This document shows, piece by piece, positions 1 through 9,372 of a DNA stretch of 64,000 bases. How positions within the stretch are numbered: position 1 is the first letter of the stretch; each line of letters starts with the position of its first letter. The notes under the pieces were generated by a model that had not been told where the DNA came from, searched no databases, and saw nothing but the letters and a program-made list of their open reading frames with translations. The DNA lies in the IMG/VR virus record IMGVR_UViG_3300045971_000577, positions 124,001 to 188,000 of that record; one strand, 5' to 3'. The translations under genes and the position numbers were made by a program.

Positions 1-321
1 ACGGTGATTTAGAAAAAATCGTAAATCTCTCGATGGATCAAGATACACCACTGTGGTTTTCCAGTGCTGATTTATCAACAATGGATTATTACGAGATTCG
101 TAGATTAGTGTTTGTTCAATCTCGAATGCAGTCTTTGGGTTATTAAATTCGGCAAGGATCCTGTATGTGTAATCGGCGAAATTTTTACTAACTTCTTCCG
201 AGCTAGTAAAATAGTGTGTACCGAAATCTAAATTAGCAGGAAAGTAATTAGCTTCTCTATAACCTATATAGAATTTCTTCGTTACTTTGTGCTCACACCG
301 ATACACATAAGCTCTTGTCAT
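1..321 (-). CDS. GIY-YIG-like homing endonuclease, runs off the window edge
   Basis: Manual translation MTRAYVYRCEHKVTKKFYIGYRE...HYFTSSEEV...EIEQTLI...LLIN; same family as 37825..38433; open to position 1. Confidence 0.6.
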   Translation of the reverse strand, partial: MTRAYVYRCEHKVTKKFYIGYREANYFPANLDFGTHYFTSSEEVSKNFADYTYRILAEFNNPKTAFEIEQTLIYESRNNPLLINQHWKTTVVYLDPSRDLRFFLNHR

Positions 322-335
322 ATTACCTGTTTTTA

Positions 336-923
336 TTATCCGTTAAGGACCCAACCGAAGATTTCTTTCCACGGTTGCTCAACACTTACTTTCGGGAATA
401 GATCCGTTTCGTAATGTGTGTTGTATGGGTGATTGATAAGAATAGGCCGTAGACCTGCTTCATATCCTGCCTCTGCTTGACGCATGTGATCCTCAATCCA
501 GAAATAATTTGTATCAGCCCAACGCAGTAGTTCATGCGCCTTGCTAATGCCCGTTTCTAGACAGACAATCTCGTTAAAAATATCCCCGAAGATTGCCTTC
601 AGGTTTTTAGTCCGATTGATCTTAGCATCCGGATGACTACTGATACTTGTAACAATAGTAAATCTGAATCCTAAATCAACAATCTTCTGAACATATTCCA
701 CAGAGTCTGCAAAAGGTTCCAAATCTGCCACTAGCGGACCTTCATTGAATTCTTTTACAAACTGGTGTGCAAGTGTTGACGGAATATTATGTCGGGTATG
801 AATAGTATAATCACTATCTGTACCAGGAATACGCGGGAAGCCTTTGCTATCCATGAACTTTTCGAAACCTTTGTTCCAGTTTAACAGACAACCGTCTGCA
901 TCTGATAGGATTACTTTGTTCAT
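336..923 (-). CDS. HAD-superfamily phosphatase / 5'(3')-nucleotidase-like (T4 30.2-like)
   Basis: N-terminal DxDG motif (LSDADGCL) and WIED motif IV. Confidence 0.75.
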   Translation of the reverse strand: MNKVILSDADGCLLNWNKGFEKFMDSKGFPRIPGTDSDYTIHTRHNIPSTLAHQFVKEFNEGPLVADLEPFADSVEYVQKIVDLGFRFTIVTSISSHPDAKINRTKNLKAIFGDIFNEIVCLETGISKAHELLRWADTNYFWIEDHMRQAEAGYEAGLRPILINHPYNTHYETDLFPKVSVEQPWKEIFGWVLNG

Positions 924-1270
924 ACGTCGAATACTGTTCTGGCACGAACGGTGCCGAATTGGTCGACAAATACTTCGGGACTGGGTTCAGCCTCAACTGG
1001 TGTGCGATATGCTGCATCTAGCTGAGCCAATTGCTTTGCATACTTTTCACGAATGTAGCTTTCAAACTTGTCATAATCAGTTACACCGTAACGGGAACCT
1101 GACAGCATCTTCTTGCTGAGGTAATCACCAATAGCAGAAGACATAGTGGTATGCTTCTTACGCAGTTGATTTACAAACTCAACAGTTTCTTCAGTTTGCC
1201 AATCGTCCTTGTCCTTAGACTTGAGCGAATGCTTATGTGATACAACAATGTAAACTTTTTCTTTAGCCAT
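920..1270 (-). CDS. hypothetical protein
   Basis: ORF in an overlapping operon (ATGA junctions). Confidence 0.6.
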   Translation of the reverse strand: MAKEKVYIVVSHKHSLKSKDKDDWQTEETVEFVNQLRKKHTTMSSAIGDYLSKKMLSGSRYGVTDYDKFESYIREKYAKQLAQLDAAYRTPVEAEPSPEVFVDQFGTVRARTVFDV

Positions 1271-1517
1271 GACTTTCTCCTATCCGGTTAACTTTAATAT
1301 TCTTCATTCCTGCAAACTTTAATTGCATGTAGGTGTCTGATTCTTTATCGTATGTTAGAATTATAGCAGTCCTCTCCGTGCCTTCTCTGATAGCCACGTC
1401 TAATCCGCTAACTGTTACTCCATTATTTGTTCCCGACATATTCCTATACTCGTCAAATATTACAGACGAAGGTGTCAGGCCTATAGGATATTCGTAACGA
1501 GAATATATTTTCTGCAT
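1263..1517 (-). CDS. hypothetical protein
   Basis: Likely start MQKIY coupled to the upstream stop (TAATG). Confidence 0.5.
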   Translation of the reverse strand: MQKIYSRYEYPIGLTPSSVIFDEYRNMSGTNNGVTVSGLDVAIREGTERTAIILTYDKESDTYMQLKFAGMKNIKVNRIGESHG

Positions 1518-1738
1518 TAGTAAATATCTGCAGCGAATTTGGATGCACGCATCCATGATTCCCAATCTTCGATTGCTTCTTTCTTTGTGTCGCCGCGTCC
1601 AATAAGTCCGTAATCGCGCCAACCTAATCCATTTCTTGTAGCAATGTCGTCACGCGGAACTGCACAATGCCACTTCCCATCTACACGCCAAAATCGTAGA
1701 TTTTCTACGGTCCATTCGCTTTGTGGAATATATCTCAC
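1517..1738 (-). CDS. hypothetical protein
   Basis: ORF coupled to the clamp loader stop. Confidence 0.55.
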   Translation of the reverse strand: MRYIPQSEWTVENLRFWRVDGKWHCAVPRDDIATRNGLGWRDYGLIGRGDTKKEAIEDWESWMRASKFAADIY

Positions 1739-2673
1739 ATCAGTCCCTTTGCAACCATCTCTAGCTCTACAAGTGTTGCTGATAGATTTAGCTCAACGTC
1801 GCCAATCTGTCCGTGTTTTACGAGTCCGTCGCGAATGACAAGAATGCACTTGTTTTCTTTCTCTTCGTTGTCAGCCCACACAGCAAGATTTTCATACATG
1901 AAGCGATAAACGCCTTCGTAATCTTCTTGATTGAACTTTTCGCATACGTGAAGTCTACCTTCTCTATATTTTCCGCTTCGGAATAGCGCGACCATATCGA
2001 TCATTGCGTCTGACGTTTGCTCGCTGTCCGCATTAGGCGATACCAGCTTACTACCGCGTACATTCGCCTGAATCATGCTAATACCGCGCCTTAGATCCGG
2101 GTATGTCTTCTCTACTATTGCTTGCAATGCGTCTGGGTCAATCTCGACATTTTCAGTGTCGAGCACTTCTACCAGTCGTCCGTAGAACTCACCCATGTCG
2201 AGACTTTCAATGTGCATGCGCCCCGTTTCGCAACGTGATTTGATAGCATCTGTAATCTTATTTGGGTGATTGCAAGTTAGCAGGAATCGTACCGAGCTTG
2301 CATACTTTTCCATAGTGCCTCTAAGGACACCCTGGGCTGCTGGAGATAGTCCGTCTGCTTCGTCTAGGAAGACATACTTCATATCACCGTAACCCATTGT
2401 CTCAGAAAATCGAGTAATGGTTTCGCGGATGTAATCGACACCGTTATCTTTAGATGCATTAACTTCGAGAACGTCGAATGGATCGATGTTCAACTCGTTA
2501 AGAAGCAGCTTGATTAGTGTAGACTTACCAGTACCGGGAGACCCGGATAGAAGCATATGTGGTAATGCACCACCTGCTATCCATTGTTCGATCTGTTGTT
2601 TTTGTTTCGGGTCTTTGAATACATACCCGCTCGCCTTAGGTGGGCGATATTTTTCTGTCCATAGATCTTTCAC
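1735..2673 (-). CDS. clamp loader AAA+ subunit (T4 gp44 / RFC-like)
   Basis: LWTEKYRP RFC box, Walker A GSPGTGKS, Walker B LDEAD, SRC motif. Confidence 0.93.
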   Translation of the reverse strand: MKDLWTEKYRPPKASGYVFKDPKQKQQIEQWIAGGALPHMLLSGSPGTGKSTLIKLLLNELNIDPFDVLEVNASKDNGVDYIRETITRFSETMGYGDMKYVFLDEADGLSPAAQGVLRGTMEKYASSVRFLLTCNHPNKITDAIKSRCETGRMHIESLDMGEFYGRLVEVLDTENVEIDPDALQAIVEKTYPDLRRGISMIQANVRGSKLVSPNADSEQTSDAMIDMVALFRSGKYREGRLHVCEKFNQEDYEGVYRFMYENLAVWADNEEKENKCILVIRDGLVKHGQIGDVELNLSATLVELEMVAKGLM

Positions 2674-2720
2674 AGTATACCTTTCTATTTGCAGCAGTGT
2701 AACAAGTTACAAACGAAAGG

Positions 2721-3077
2721 TCAATATTGCGGTGCTCGTTCGTTCGCTGCCGAAAATACTGAGAAAATAGCTGTCTCTGGATCTGTGTCGGAAACTAGCA
2801 TCACACTCTGCGGCCATTCTACGCCCCACAGTTGGGTGTCTGTTCCGTTGTCTTCCTTAACCTTGAGCATTCGAGTCCAACGGCCATTCTCGATAAGAAT
2901 CCACTGCCCGGGTACAATATCGGTAATGTCTTCTCCGACAGAATAAACCTTTCCCCAACGAGGGCGAATACCTTCGCTCTTGCCGTTATCATTAGGGATG
3001 ATAATGCCGTTAACAATGCGCGAACCTCTTTCGAGATCCGTAACCAAAACCTTACCCTTTAGTGCTTTGATACTCAC
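2721..3077 (-). CDS. groES: GroES-like co-chaperonin
   Basis: IKALKGKVLV...GIIIP...GKVYSVG...IVPGQWIL cpn10 pattern. Confidence 0.75.
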   Translation of the reverse strand: MSIKALKGKVLVTDLERGSRIVNGIIIPNDNGKSEGIRPRWGKVYSVGEDITDIVPGQWILIENGRWTRMLKVKEDNGTDTQLWGVEWPQSVMLVSDTDPETAIFSVFSAANERAPQY

Positions 3078-3418
3078 TTAACTTCCTTCACGATAATGTC
3101 ACCAGATGGCAACTCTGTTTCTACTTGTGTCGACTTCGGTACAGGAGGATTTGTCTTGATGACTTTCGGTGTAGGAGTCATATTCATTCCTACAGCACTA
3201 GGTACAGGTCCCTTCAAACCAGTCGCAACAACTGCTTGCTGAACGCGATGATTTTCACGAGCAATTTGTTCGGCAGTCTTTGCAATTTCGCCACCGTTGA
3301 CAAGTTGATCACCGCGAGCGTTTACCTTCATGTTTCCAATTGCAGGTGATTTTTCGTTTTCACGGCGAATAGAATCCATGTCTATTGTTACACCGCGATA
3401 TGTTACATGTTTAGCCAT
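3074..3418 (-). CDS. hypothetical protein
   Basis: ORF coupled to neighbours; GNMKVNARGD motif. Confidence 0.6.
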   Translation of the reverse strand: MAKHVTYRGVTIDMDSIRRENEKSPAIGNMKVNARGDQLVNGGEIAKTAEQIARENHRVQQAVVATGLKGPVPSAVGMNMTPTPKVIKTNPPVPKSTQVETELPSGDIIVKEVK

Positions 3419-3960
3419 TATGCTATTTCCTTTAGATAATCTTTAATGTCGAGTCCGTACTTAATGGAATCGACTTTGTGAACCCCGATAAGATATAGTA
3501 TATACGAGGATACACTTGATCCTCTACCTACACCCCATATAAATTTATTCTTTCTCATGTAATCGATCAAGAATATAAACACACGCAGAAGCATAATCAA
3601 CTCACGCTCTTCGTACATTTTGTATTCTTGATGCACGCGATCAATCTCTTGCTGTACCTTGCATTTATCGAGCAGCCACGCAAGCACGTCTATTTGCTGA
3701 TAGATTACTGGAAAAATCCATTGATCAGCACACTTTTCGTGAAACTCATCGAATGATAATATTTCTTCGGGCGCACCCTCGAAAGTTATTACTTCGGACA
3801 GGAGTTCTGATTGGTGTTCTTGATGTAGTCTTATCTCGTCGTCAAAAATTACATTCAAGTGGCTGATGTTTTTGCCTTGCAATAACAATTCTCGCAGGCT
3901 ATCACTATTTAGTATTGCCTGGCCGTATGTGTTTATTGTTAGATTTTCTTCGGCTTCCAT
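3418..3960 (-). CDS. DNA polymerase III alpha (DnaE)-like N-terminal palm fragment
   Basis: WGVGRGSSVSSYILYLIGVHKVDSIKYGL matches DnaE GPGRGSAAGSLVAY.LGIT.IDP...L; only 180 aa. Confidence 0.8.
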   Translation of the reverse strand: MEAEENLTINTYGQAILNSDSLRELLLQGKNISHLNVIFDDEIRLHQEHQSELLSEVITFEGAPEEILSFDEFHEKCADQWIFPVIYQQIDVLAWLLDKCKVQQEIDRVHQEYKMYEERELIMLLRVFIFLIDYMRKNKFIWGVGRGSSVSSYILYLIGVHKVDSIKYGLDIKDYLKEIA

Positions 3961-4670
3961 TTTTCAACTTGAACTATTCTTGCAGGCTCTCTTACCATTC
4001 CCACTGTTGTTTCGGTATTCATATCGTTGATAACTTTACGAAACTCGTCCATCGGATCTTGTATGTCGGGGAAGTCTTCCTTAACTTGTTCTTCACCTTC
4101 CTTCGCTTCGTCCGGAAATGGCTTCACAAATTCAAAACAGAACCCATCATCTCTGAACCACCAAGGACCAGTATCCTTTGTCATCCCCTCAGTATAATAT
4201 TCTGCAGAAATTGATGGCAATTCATATCCATCCTCGGGTTCATCGAACGTGTATTCCAAATTTGTATCGCTTCCACGCAATCTTATTTCACCAACTACTA
4301 GATTCGGTCCGGCAAGTGATGATATCTTAGCATGCAGAAGCTGAACTAATAAATCGTCATGTGGATTATCGGGACAGAACATCGCTATGTTAGACGAAAG
4401 ACATGCAAGATACAAGTCATCTTCGTTACCGACATCGACTACCAGGATGTTGGGTAGATTTGTATCTAACCAGAAGTAAATTTTCTGATATGCGATGGTT
4501 GCATTTATCTCTATGTCTTCCTTTGACTTACCTTTCTTTCCGCCAGCAACCAAGCTAACGTGCAAAGACCAATCGACCGGAGTCAATACTGTATTTTGAA
4601 TTCTGATCCCGGAGAAATCGTACTCCAGAGTCATGTGGCTCTTAATGATATGTTTTCCCTTCTTGATCAT
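3939..4670 (-). CDS. hypothetical protein
   Basis: 243-aa ORF directly upstream of the DnaE fragment. Confidence 0.65.
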   Translation of the reverse strand: MIKKGKHIIKSHMTLEYDFSGIRIQNTVLTPVDWSLHVSLVAGGKKGKSKEDIEINATIAYQKIYFWLDTNLPNILVVDVGNEDDLYLACLSSNIAMFCPDNPHDDLLVQLLHAKISSLAGPNLVVGEIRLRGSDTNLEYTFDEPEDGYELPSISAEYYTEGMTKDTGPWWFRDDGFCFEFVKPFPDEAKEGEEQVKEDFPDIQDPMDEFRKVINDMNTETTVGMVREPARIVQVEKWKPKKI

Positions 4671-4912
4671 TCTAGTTTTCCAAGTTCGATGGGCTTATTT
4701 GTATCAGGGAATTTTTTCTTGTATTCCTCGTCCATATTCTTCGCCATTCTGTTACGGCGTTCATCTTCTAGGGACTGTATGACTTCTTGAATACTCACCA
4801 CAGTGGGTGTATGACCCATTTGCTTCTGATAATTCATATGAGTATAGGCCTTACCTAATCTCTCAATAATTTCTTCGTCTGTTAGTTTGCTTACATCTAA
4901 GAATGGGTGCAT
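4667..4912 (-). CDS. hypothetical protein
   Basis: SD GGAG and upstream ATAAATA motif. Confidence 0.6.
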   Translation of the reverse strand: MHPFLDVSKLTDEEIIERLGKAYTHMNYQKQMGHTPTVVSIQEVIQSLEDERRNRMAKNMDEEYKKKFPDTNKPIELGKLE

Positions 4913-4939
4913 GTCGTTCTCCGTGCTGAAGTATTTATG

Positions 4940-5554
4940 TCAGCCCAGGAGGTACGAACTTATTGTTGATATTGTTTTGGCTTGATTTGCAACCGCAGTT
5001 TCTACTGTTTTGTAATATAGCTCTGCCCATTTTTTATCATAGAATAGGGCATTATATGTTATGCCACGCCCCGGAAATACGGGCAGTGCCACCAAATCGA
5101 CACAAATCATTGGATCAGTATCTGTTATAAGCTCTTTTTCCACACCCACATTCATATAATGAGATGCCGATGATAGATACGCCCTAACATTGCTCTTTAA
5201 CGGTAGATCATCCTGATGAATAAATCTTCCAGGACGTTGCGGAAATCCAAAATGGGCTACAGATTTTTTTATTTCTACCAGATGAGATTCTGTATCATAT
5301 CTACGCGGAGATACAACAACATCAATTAGTGATCTTTTTATTTCTACCATCCAAATATCGCATTCATGCAGAGCAATAATTTGCTCAGGGAATTCTATGC
5401 GATATTTCCATTTGAAATCATGATTATGAATTTCGCTCTCAGGACGAATCCTATTCATCTGCACTTCCATATTTCTATAAAAGTCAGCTTCTTCTGGCGA
5501 GCATCCCACAAGCTTGAATGTCCTGAATTCATCAGTAAAGAATTCAGTACTCAT
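4940..5554 (-). CDS. hypothetical protein
   Basis: Likely start MSTEFF. Confidence 0.55.
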   Translation of the reverse strand: MSTEFFTDEFRTFKLVGCSPEEADFYRNMEVQMNRIRPESEIHNHDFKWKYRIEFPEQIIALHECDIWMVEIKRSLIDVVVSPRRYDTESHLVEIKKSVAHFGFPQRPGRFIHQDDLPLKSNVRAYLSSASHYMNVGVEKELITDTDPMICVDLVALPVFPGRGITYNALFYDKKWAELYYKTVETAVANQAKTISTISSYLLG

Positions 5555-5942
5555 CTGTAATCTCAGTAACTGTAAACCAACGGTCCGGCCACATGAATAC
5601 CTGTATAGCAGGGCACTCGACACTTAGGCGAAACTGAAGTGCATCCATTTCGTCTGCAAAGCACCAGTAAGAGCGATATTTGCCATCACCCGATCCGGTA
5701 AAGATTGCAGTCAGTTGGTTGGCGGACGTTAGTGCAGTAAAATCTACAGGAGATATTTTCTGAATAACTTCATATTCAGGCTGACTACATCCCCATGTGC
5801 CGCCTAGGTTTTTTCTAGCAATCTTCAGGGCAGACCGATAGGAGACCGACATCGTAGTGGCGCCGGTCTCCTCGTGATCTAATCTAACAACGTACGGATT
5901 AGGAAAGAATATTTTTGATTTTGTTAGTAGCCGTTTTGCCAT
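5544..5942 (-). CDS. small protein, W..F..(D/E)A..F.L family
   Basis: YWCFADEMDALQFRL motif. Confidence 0.55.
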   Translation of the reverse strand: MAKRLLTKSKIFFPNPYVVRLDHEETGATTMSVSYRSALKIARKNLGGTWGCSQPEYEVIQKISPVDFTALTSANQLTAIFTGSGDGKYRSYWCFADEMDALQFRLSVECPAIQVFMWPDRWFTVTEITDEY

Positions 5943-6184
5943 TAGATATATGTATGATGGAGTCTATGGAATTCCGTCAAGTCAGCCTTTTCAGAAAAAC
6001 GGATCAATACATATTGTCCGAGGTCGAGTTCTGCGTACATGCCCTTCACCTTGTCGAGTCCGTCCTGAATCTCGTTCATGCGACGATAAAAAGTGAGAGG
6101 ATGTAGCTTCACCGAAAGCCAATCAGCCGTATAGCTATGAATACGAATAGGATCACCTGTAAGACACTTACCGACCTGTTTCAT
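5942..6184 (-). CDS. small hypothetical protein
   Basis: Coupled ORF; IRFSEKADLTEF. Confidence 0.55.
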   Translation of the reverse strand: MKQVGKCLTGDPIRIHSYTADWLSVKLHPLTFYRRMNEIQDGLDKVKGMYAELDLGQYVLIRFSEKADLTEFHRLHHTYI

Positions 6185-6456
6185 TACTTTTTCTCCATAG
6201 TTTCAACCCACTTGTGATACACATCATTGCGAATATCTCGAATCGAATAGTCCCGGAGATAGACTAGTCGATTTTGCAGATATTTCATCGAGACAGAATA
6301 TACACTACCGGATGTCATTACCACCTCGATATGCAAGTCGTCTCGAAGAATATCTGCCGTTAGTTCCTCGCCATCCGGGAATCTCATACTTTCGACTTGT
6401 CGCAGGGCTACAGCGAACTTATCGTCAATATAAAGAACCGCCGAATGGTATGCCAT
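6184..6456 (-). CDS. hypothetical protein
   Basis: Likely start MAYHS overlapping the upstream stop (TAATG). Confidence 0.5.
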   Translation of the reverse strand: MAYHSAVLYIDDKFAVALRQVESMRFPDGEELTADILRDDLHIEVVMTSGSVYSVSMKYLQNRLVYLRDYSIRDIRNDVYHKWVETMEKK

Positions 6457-6725
6457 TACAGCAGGCTGAGGTACAGTGAGGAAGCCGGATCGAAGTCTTG
6501 CTTGAAGATGTAGACCTTCGGATTCACACTCTTGCCCTGCTTCAGCGTCTTCAGCACGCGACCTTCCATGGTCCACTTGTCTTCGCCCTTGCCGACGTTG
6601 TCGTTCAGCCACTTGATGAGCTTGTAGAAATGTTCACGATCGCGAATCGTGACACGGAAGGTATGAGCAGCGTTTTGTTCCTTCAGGTTCACGGGTTGTG
6701 CCTTGGGAGTAGTTTGCTTGGTCAT
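6456..6725 (-). CDS. hypothetical protein, probably highly expressed
   Basis: Strong C/G third-position codon bias; sigma70-like promoter upstream. Confidence 0.65.
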   Translation of the reverse strand: MTKQTTPKAQPVNLKEQNAAHTFRVTIRDREHFYKLIKWLNDNVGKGEDKWTMEGRVLKTLKQGKSVNPKVYIFKQDFDPASSLYLSLL

Positions 6726-6784
6726 ATTACACTTTCTGTAAGTTAGGTGTTGAGCTTACATTTTACTACGGCCGCTTAGTTACG

Positions 6785-7243
6785 TCAATCGGCTTTTGCT
6801 TCCACAACTTCTACACCTGCTTCTTTTAACATTTCCAAAGCTACAAGCATATCTTCTTGCCAACGTTCTGGCATTTTGTGTGCTGCAAATTCTTCATCCA
6901 CTACAACAGTCTTGATTTGCTTGTTGATGATTGATCGGGCACAACGGGAACAGGGTGAAAATGTAACAAACATAACACAGCCGGAGAGATCTCCTGTCGC
7001 GGCTAAGTCTATTGCATTTTCTTCAGCATGGCTGAACCATTTATATTTGAGTGGTCGCTCGTGTCTTTCGGGCACATCATCGTTGATACCCATAGGCATT
7101 CCGTTAAATGCCCACGAAACTGGTCTGCCAACGGAGGTTGTTATTACTGCACCTACCTTAGTCGACTCGTCCTTTGAGAAGGTTGCAAACTTCTTAGCAA
7201 CTCCCAGCATTCTGGAAGTCCACTTTGGAGAAAGAATGTTCAT
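6785..7243 (-). CDS. dCMP deaminase
   Basis: HAEENAI and PCSRC zinc motifs, SKD..TKVGAVI. Confidence 0.9.
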   Translation of the reverse strand: MNILSPKWTSRMLGVAKKFATFSKDESTKVGAVITTSVGRPVSWAFNGMPMGINDDVPERHERPLKYKWFSHAEENAIDLAATGDLSGCVMFVTFSPCSRCARSIINKQIKTVVVDEEFAAHKMPERWQEDMLVALEMLKEAGVEVVEAKAD

Positions 7244-7566
7244 CTGCTGAGAGATTCCTTTGTAATGATTTGACCAAGCTCTTCGCCTAGGTTTTCCTTA
7301 TCTGTAACCACATAGAGGGTGGTATTTTCGCGATCGGTACGTGGATCATAGGAATGAAATCGTACAACCTTACCACCTACGGCGGGGAAAACAGTAAAAT
7401 TCAATCCGTGACCCATTCCACCGGAAGATCCCGACGAAACCATGTTAGATGATTTGGTTAGATTTCCGTAACCAATAGACACTGGTTCGCACGGAGGCTG
7501 ATCTCTACCAGATCTATTATCAATCCATCTGATAAGACGAAATAGCATATTTTTCACTGGTTGCAT
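7240..7566 (-). CDS. hypothetical protein
   Basis: ORF in operon. Confidence 0.55.
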   Translation of the reverse strand: MQPVKNMLFRLIRWIDNRSGRDQPPCEPVSIGYGNLTKSSNMVSSGSSGGMGHGLNFTVFPAVGGKVVRFHSYDPRTDRENTTLYVVTDKENLGEELGQIITKESLSR

Positions 7567-7765
7567 CTTTTGTTTTCCATGTTAATTTGAATAGGAACAG
7601 GTGTTCCGCTGTTTTGAATGCATATGTGCTGTTGTTATATGCATACCAATCTTCATATTCTTTACCTACGACATTTTCACACCATTTGTCGACAGTCGAA
7701 ATAGTCGATTCGCGCAGTATGGCTTGATATGGCCAGGCTTTCTTATTTAAGTGTCTCATACCCAC
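7520..7765 (-). CDS. small protein, W..F..(D/E)A..F.L family
   Basis: KWC.....W.....YAFKTAEHLFLFKLTW. Confidence 0.55.
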   Translation of the reverse strand: MGMRHLNKKAWPYQAILRESTISTVDKWCENVVGKEYEDWYAYNNSTYAFKTAEHLFLFKLTWKTKDATSEKYAISSYQMD

Positions 7766-8043
7766 CTTAACTTAAAGAGTGATGCATCTTCGTCATCTTT
7801 GATAAGAACGGTAAACATAGGATCCCCGCTGTTAAATCTAAAGGAGCATTCGTATACCTCTTTCATATTATCATGCATCCAATTTGTAAACTCAATATCA
7901 TCACCAGGATATACCCAGCAGTGCCATCCTGCCATTTCTTCACGGTATTCTGTAATTGGATCATCTTCGTGTTTTCGAAATACTTCGGGTATAATGTGCC
8001 ACCCGGTATCATATCTCCAATGATTCACGATTGTTTTATACAT
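7756..8043 (-). CDS. small protein, W..F..(D/E)A..F.L family
   Basis: IKDDEDASLFKLRW C-terminus. Confidence 0.55.
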   Translation of the reverse strand: MYKTIVNHWRYDTGWHIIPEVFRKHEDDPITEYREEMAGWHCWVYPGDDIEFTNWMHDNMKEVYECSFRFNSGDPMFTVLIKDDEDASLFKLRWV

Positions 8044-8216
8044 TACCACCACTTAGTTTCTCTGCACAACTTGCATTCATATGCATCATCATTATGTCCG
8101 TGGCCCATATGTCTCCATCCACCATTGTGGGGACACTTTCCCTGAAGAATTCGCAGGGTTTGTTCTTCCTTAGATGGAGTAAAAATTCTCTCCATTTGTT
8201 CTTCGTCTAGATTCAT
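8043..8216 (-). CDS. small putative zinc-binding protein (not in ORF track)
   Basis: Manual translation MNLDEEQ...EEQTLRILQGKCPH...YECKLCRETKWW; coupled at both ends. Confidence 0.55.
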   Translation of the reverse strand: MNLDEEQMERIFTPSKEEQTLRILQGKCPHNGGWRHMGHGHNDDAYECKLCRETKWW

Positions 8217-8521
8217 ACACCTAGTAACCTTTTCAATACCATAAATTCATCCCATACTGCCTTCAGTGCAGGATGTTTTTCTAATTGTTCTTCTGTAGGT
8301 GGGGTAAAAGAGTGATTCTGTTCACTGGTCGAAAACGGTGCCCAGTCATTTCCGGTCCACGCATAACTCTCATAGGTATTGGTGTCAATATACACGTCGC
8401 CGAACTGTGGACTGGGAGGTTTAGAACTATGAAATGTTATACCGGTTACCATTGCGTCTAATTGTTGTTTTGTTACAGCCACGGAAATCCTTGGCGAAGA
8501 AAGATTACTTATTGTGGCCAC
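8213..8521 (-). CDS. hypothetical protein
   Basis: ORF; ends HPALKAVWDEFMVLKRL. Confidence 0.55.
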   Translation of the reverse strand: MATISNLSSPRISVAVTKQQLDAMVTGITFHSSKPPSPQFGDVYIDTNTYESYAWTGNDWAPFSTSEQNHSFTPPTEEQLEKHPALKAVWDEFMVLKRLLGV

Positions 8522-8949
8522 GAGAGTTCGAATATTGTTGCGTGTTCTTTGTTGGCAAACTCAATCGTCAACATGTCAAGGTTATCCCGACATATATCCC
8601 AGTTCCAGTCGACACCTTGTTTACCTACATGTTTTTCAAGCCAGGGGCGATAGTATTCGTTTGGTTCGAATTCTGGGCCTGACCCTTCCATAAATCTTCT
8701 ACGGGTAGAATACTGTACTTCCATGGTGCGTGTTCTCTGGTTATTGTCTGTAAATAATTTCGAGCGTGATTTTACAAGAGTTTGAAATTCAGTGGTGAAC
8801 GTTAACAGGCTGCCTTTTAACTGTAAACTGTAACAAATCGGGCACATCCACTGATGGCCTGGCAATAGATCTGTCTTCGATCCTATCACCAGACAATCCA
8901 GACACACCGGTGGGCCTAACTTCATTACGTCACCCGAATGTCTCGTCAC
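8509..8949 (-). CDS. small protein, W..F..(D/E)A..F.L family with CxxC pairs
   Basis: WLEKHVGKQGVDW...IEFANKEHATIFELSW. Confidence 0.5.
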   Translation of the reverse strand: MTRHSGDVMKLGPPVCLDCLVIGSKTDLLPGHQWMCPICYSLQLKGSLLTFTTEFQTLVKSRSKLFTDNNQRTRTMEVQYSTRRRFMEGSGPEFEPNEYYRPWLEKHVGKQGVDWNWDICRDNLDMLTIEFANKEHATIFELSWPQ

Positions 8950-8955
8950 TTTTGA

Positions 8956-9363
8956 TTATAAGTCGTTTTCGGCTCTGTTTTCAGCGTGAAATACTGAGAA
9001 CTTGCCGCCTGGATAACGTGCTTCTAGTTTCACCACGTTTTCAGAAATAATCGCGTTAGGATCAACGCCAAGAGCAAGGCAAGCTTGAGTCCAATACCAT
9101 GCAACATCACCCAATTCCTTCTTCATGCTTTCCACATTGTCTGTGTAGCTCTTGCCGTGGAACATAATCTTCTTGACGAATTCGCTATATTCGCCGGATT
9201 CTCCAGGCAAGCCAATACCCGATGTAAGCAAACGTGGTACATTGGCACCCTGTTGCTCAAGTTCAATCATTCTGCTAATCAACGTTTGCAAATCCTTGCT
9301 TGGCTGACTGGTAACTCCGTCCACAAATGTGGCATACTTCTTTAGGTCGACTTCTTTTGTCAT
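8956..9363 (-). CDS. MazG-like nucleotide pyrophosphohydrolase
   Basis: GLPGESGE...KK...KELGDVAWY...N..KL..RY. Confidence 0.85.
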   Translation of the reverse strand: MTKEVDLKKYATFVDGVTSQPSKDLQTLISRMIELEQQGANVPRLLTSGIGLPGESGEYSEFVKKIMFHGKSYTDNVESMKKELGDVAWYWTQACLALGVDPNAIISENVVKLEARYPGGKFSVFHAENRAENDL

Positions 9364-9372
9364 TCTATATCC

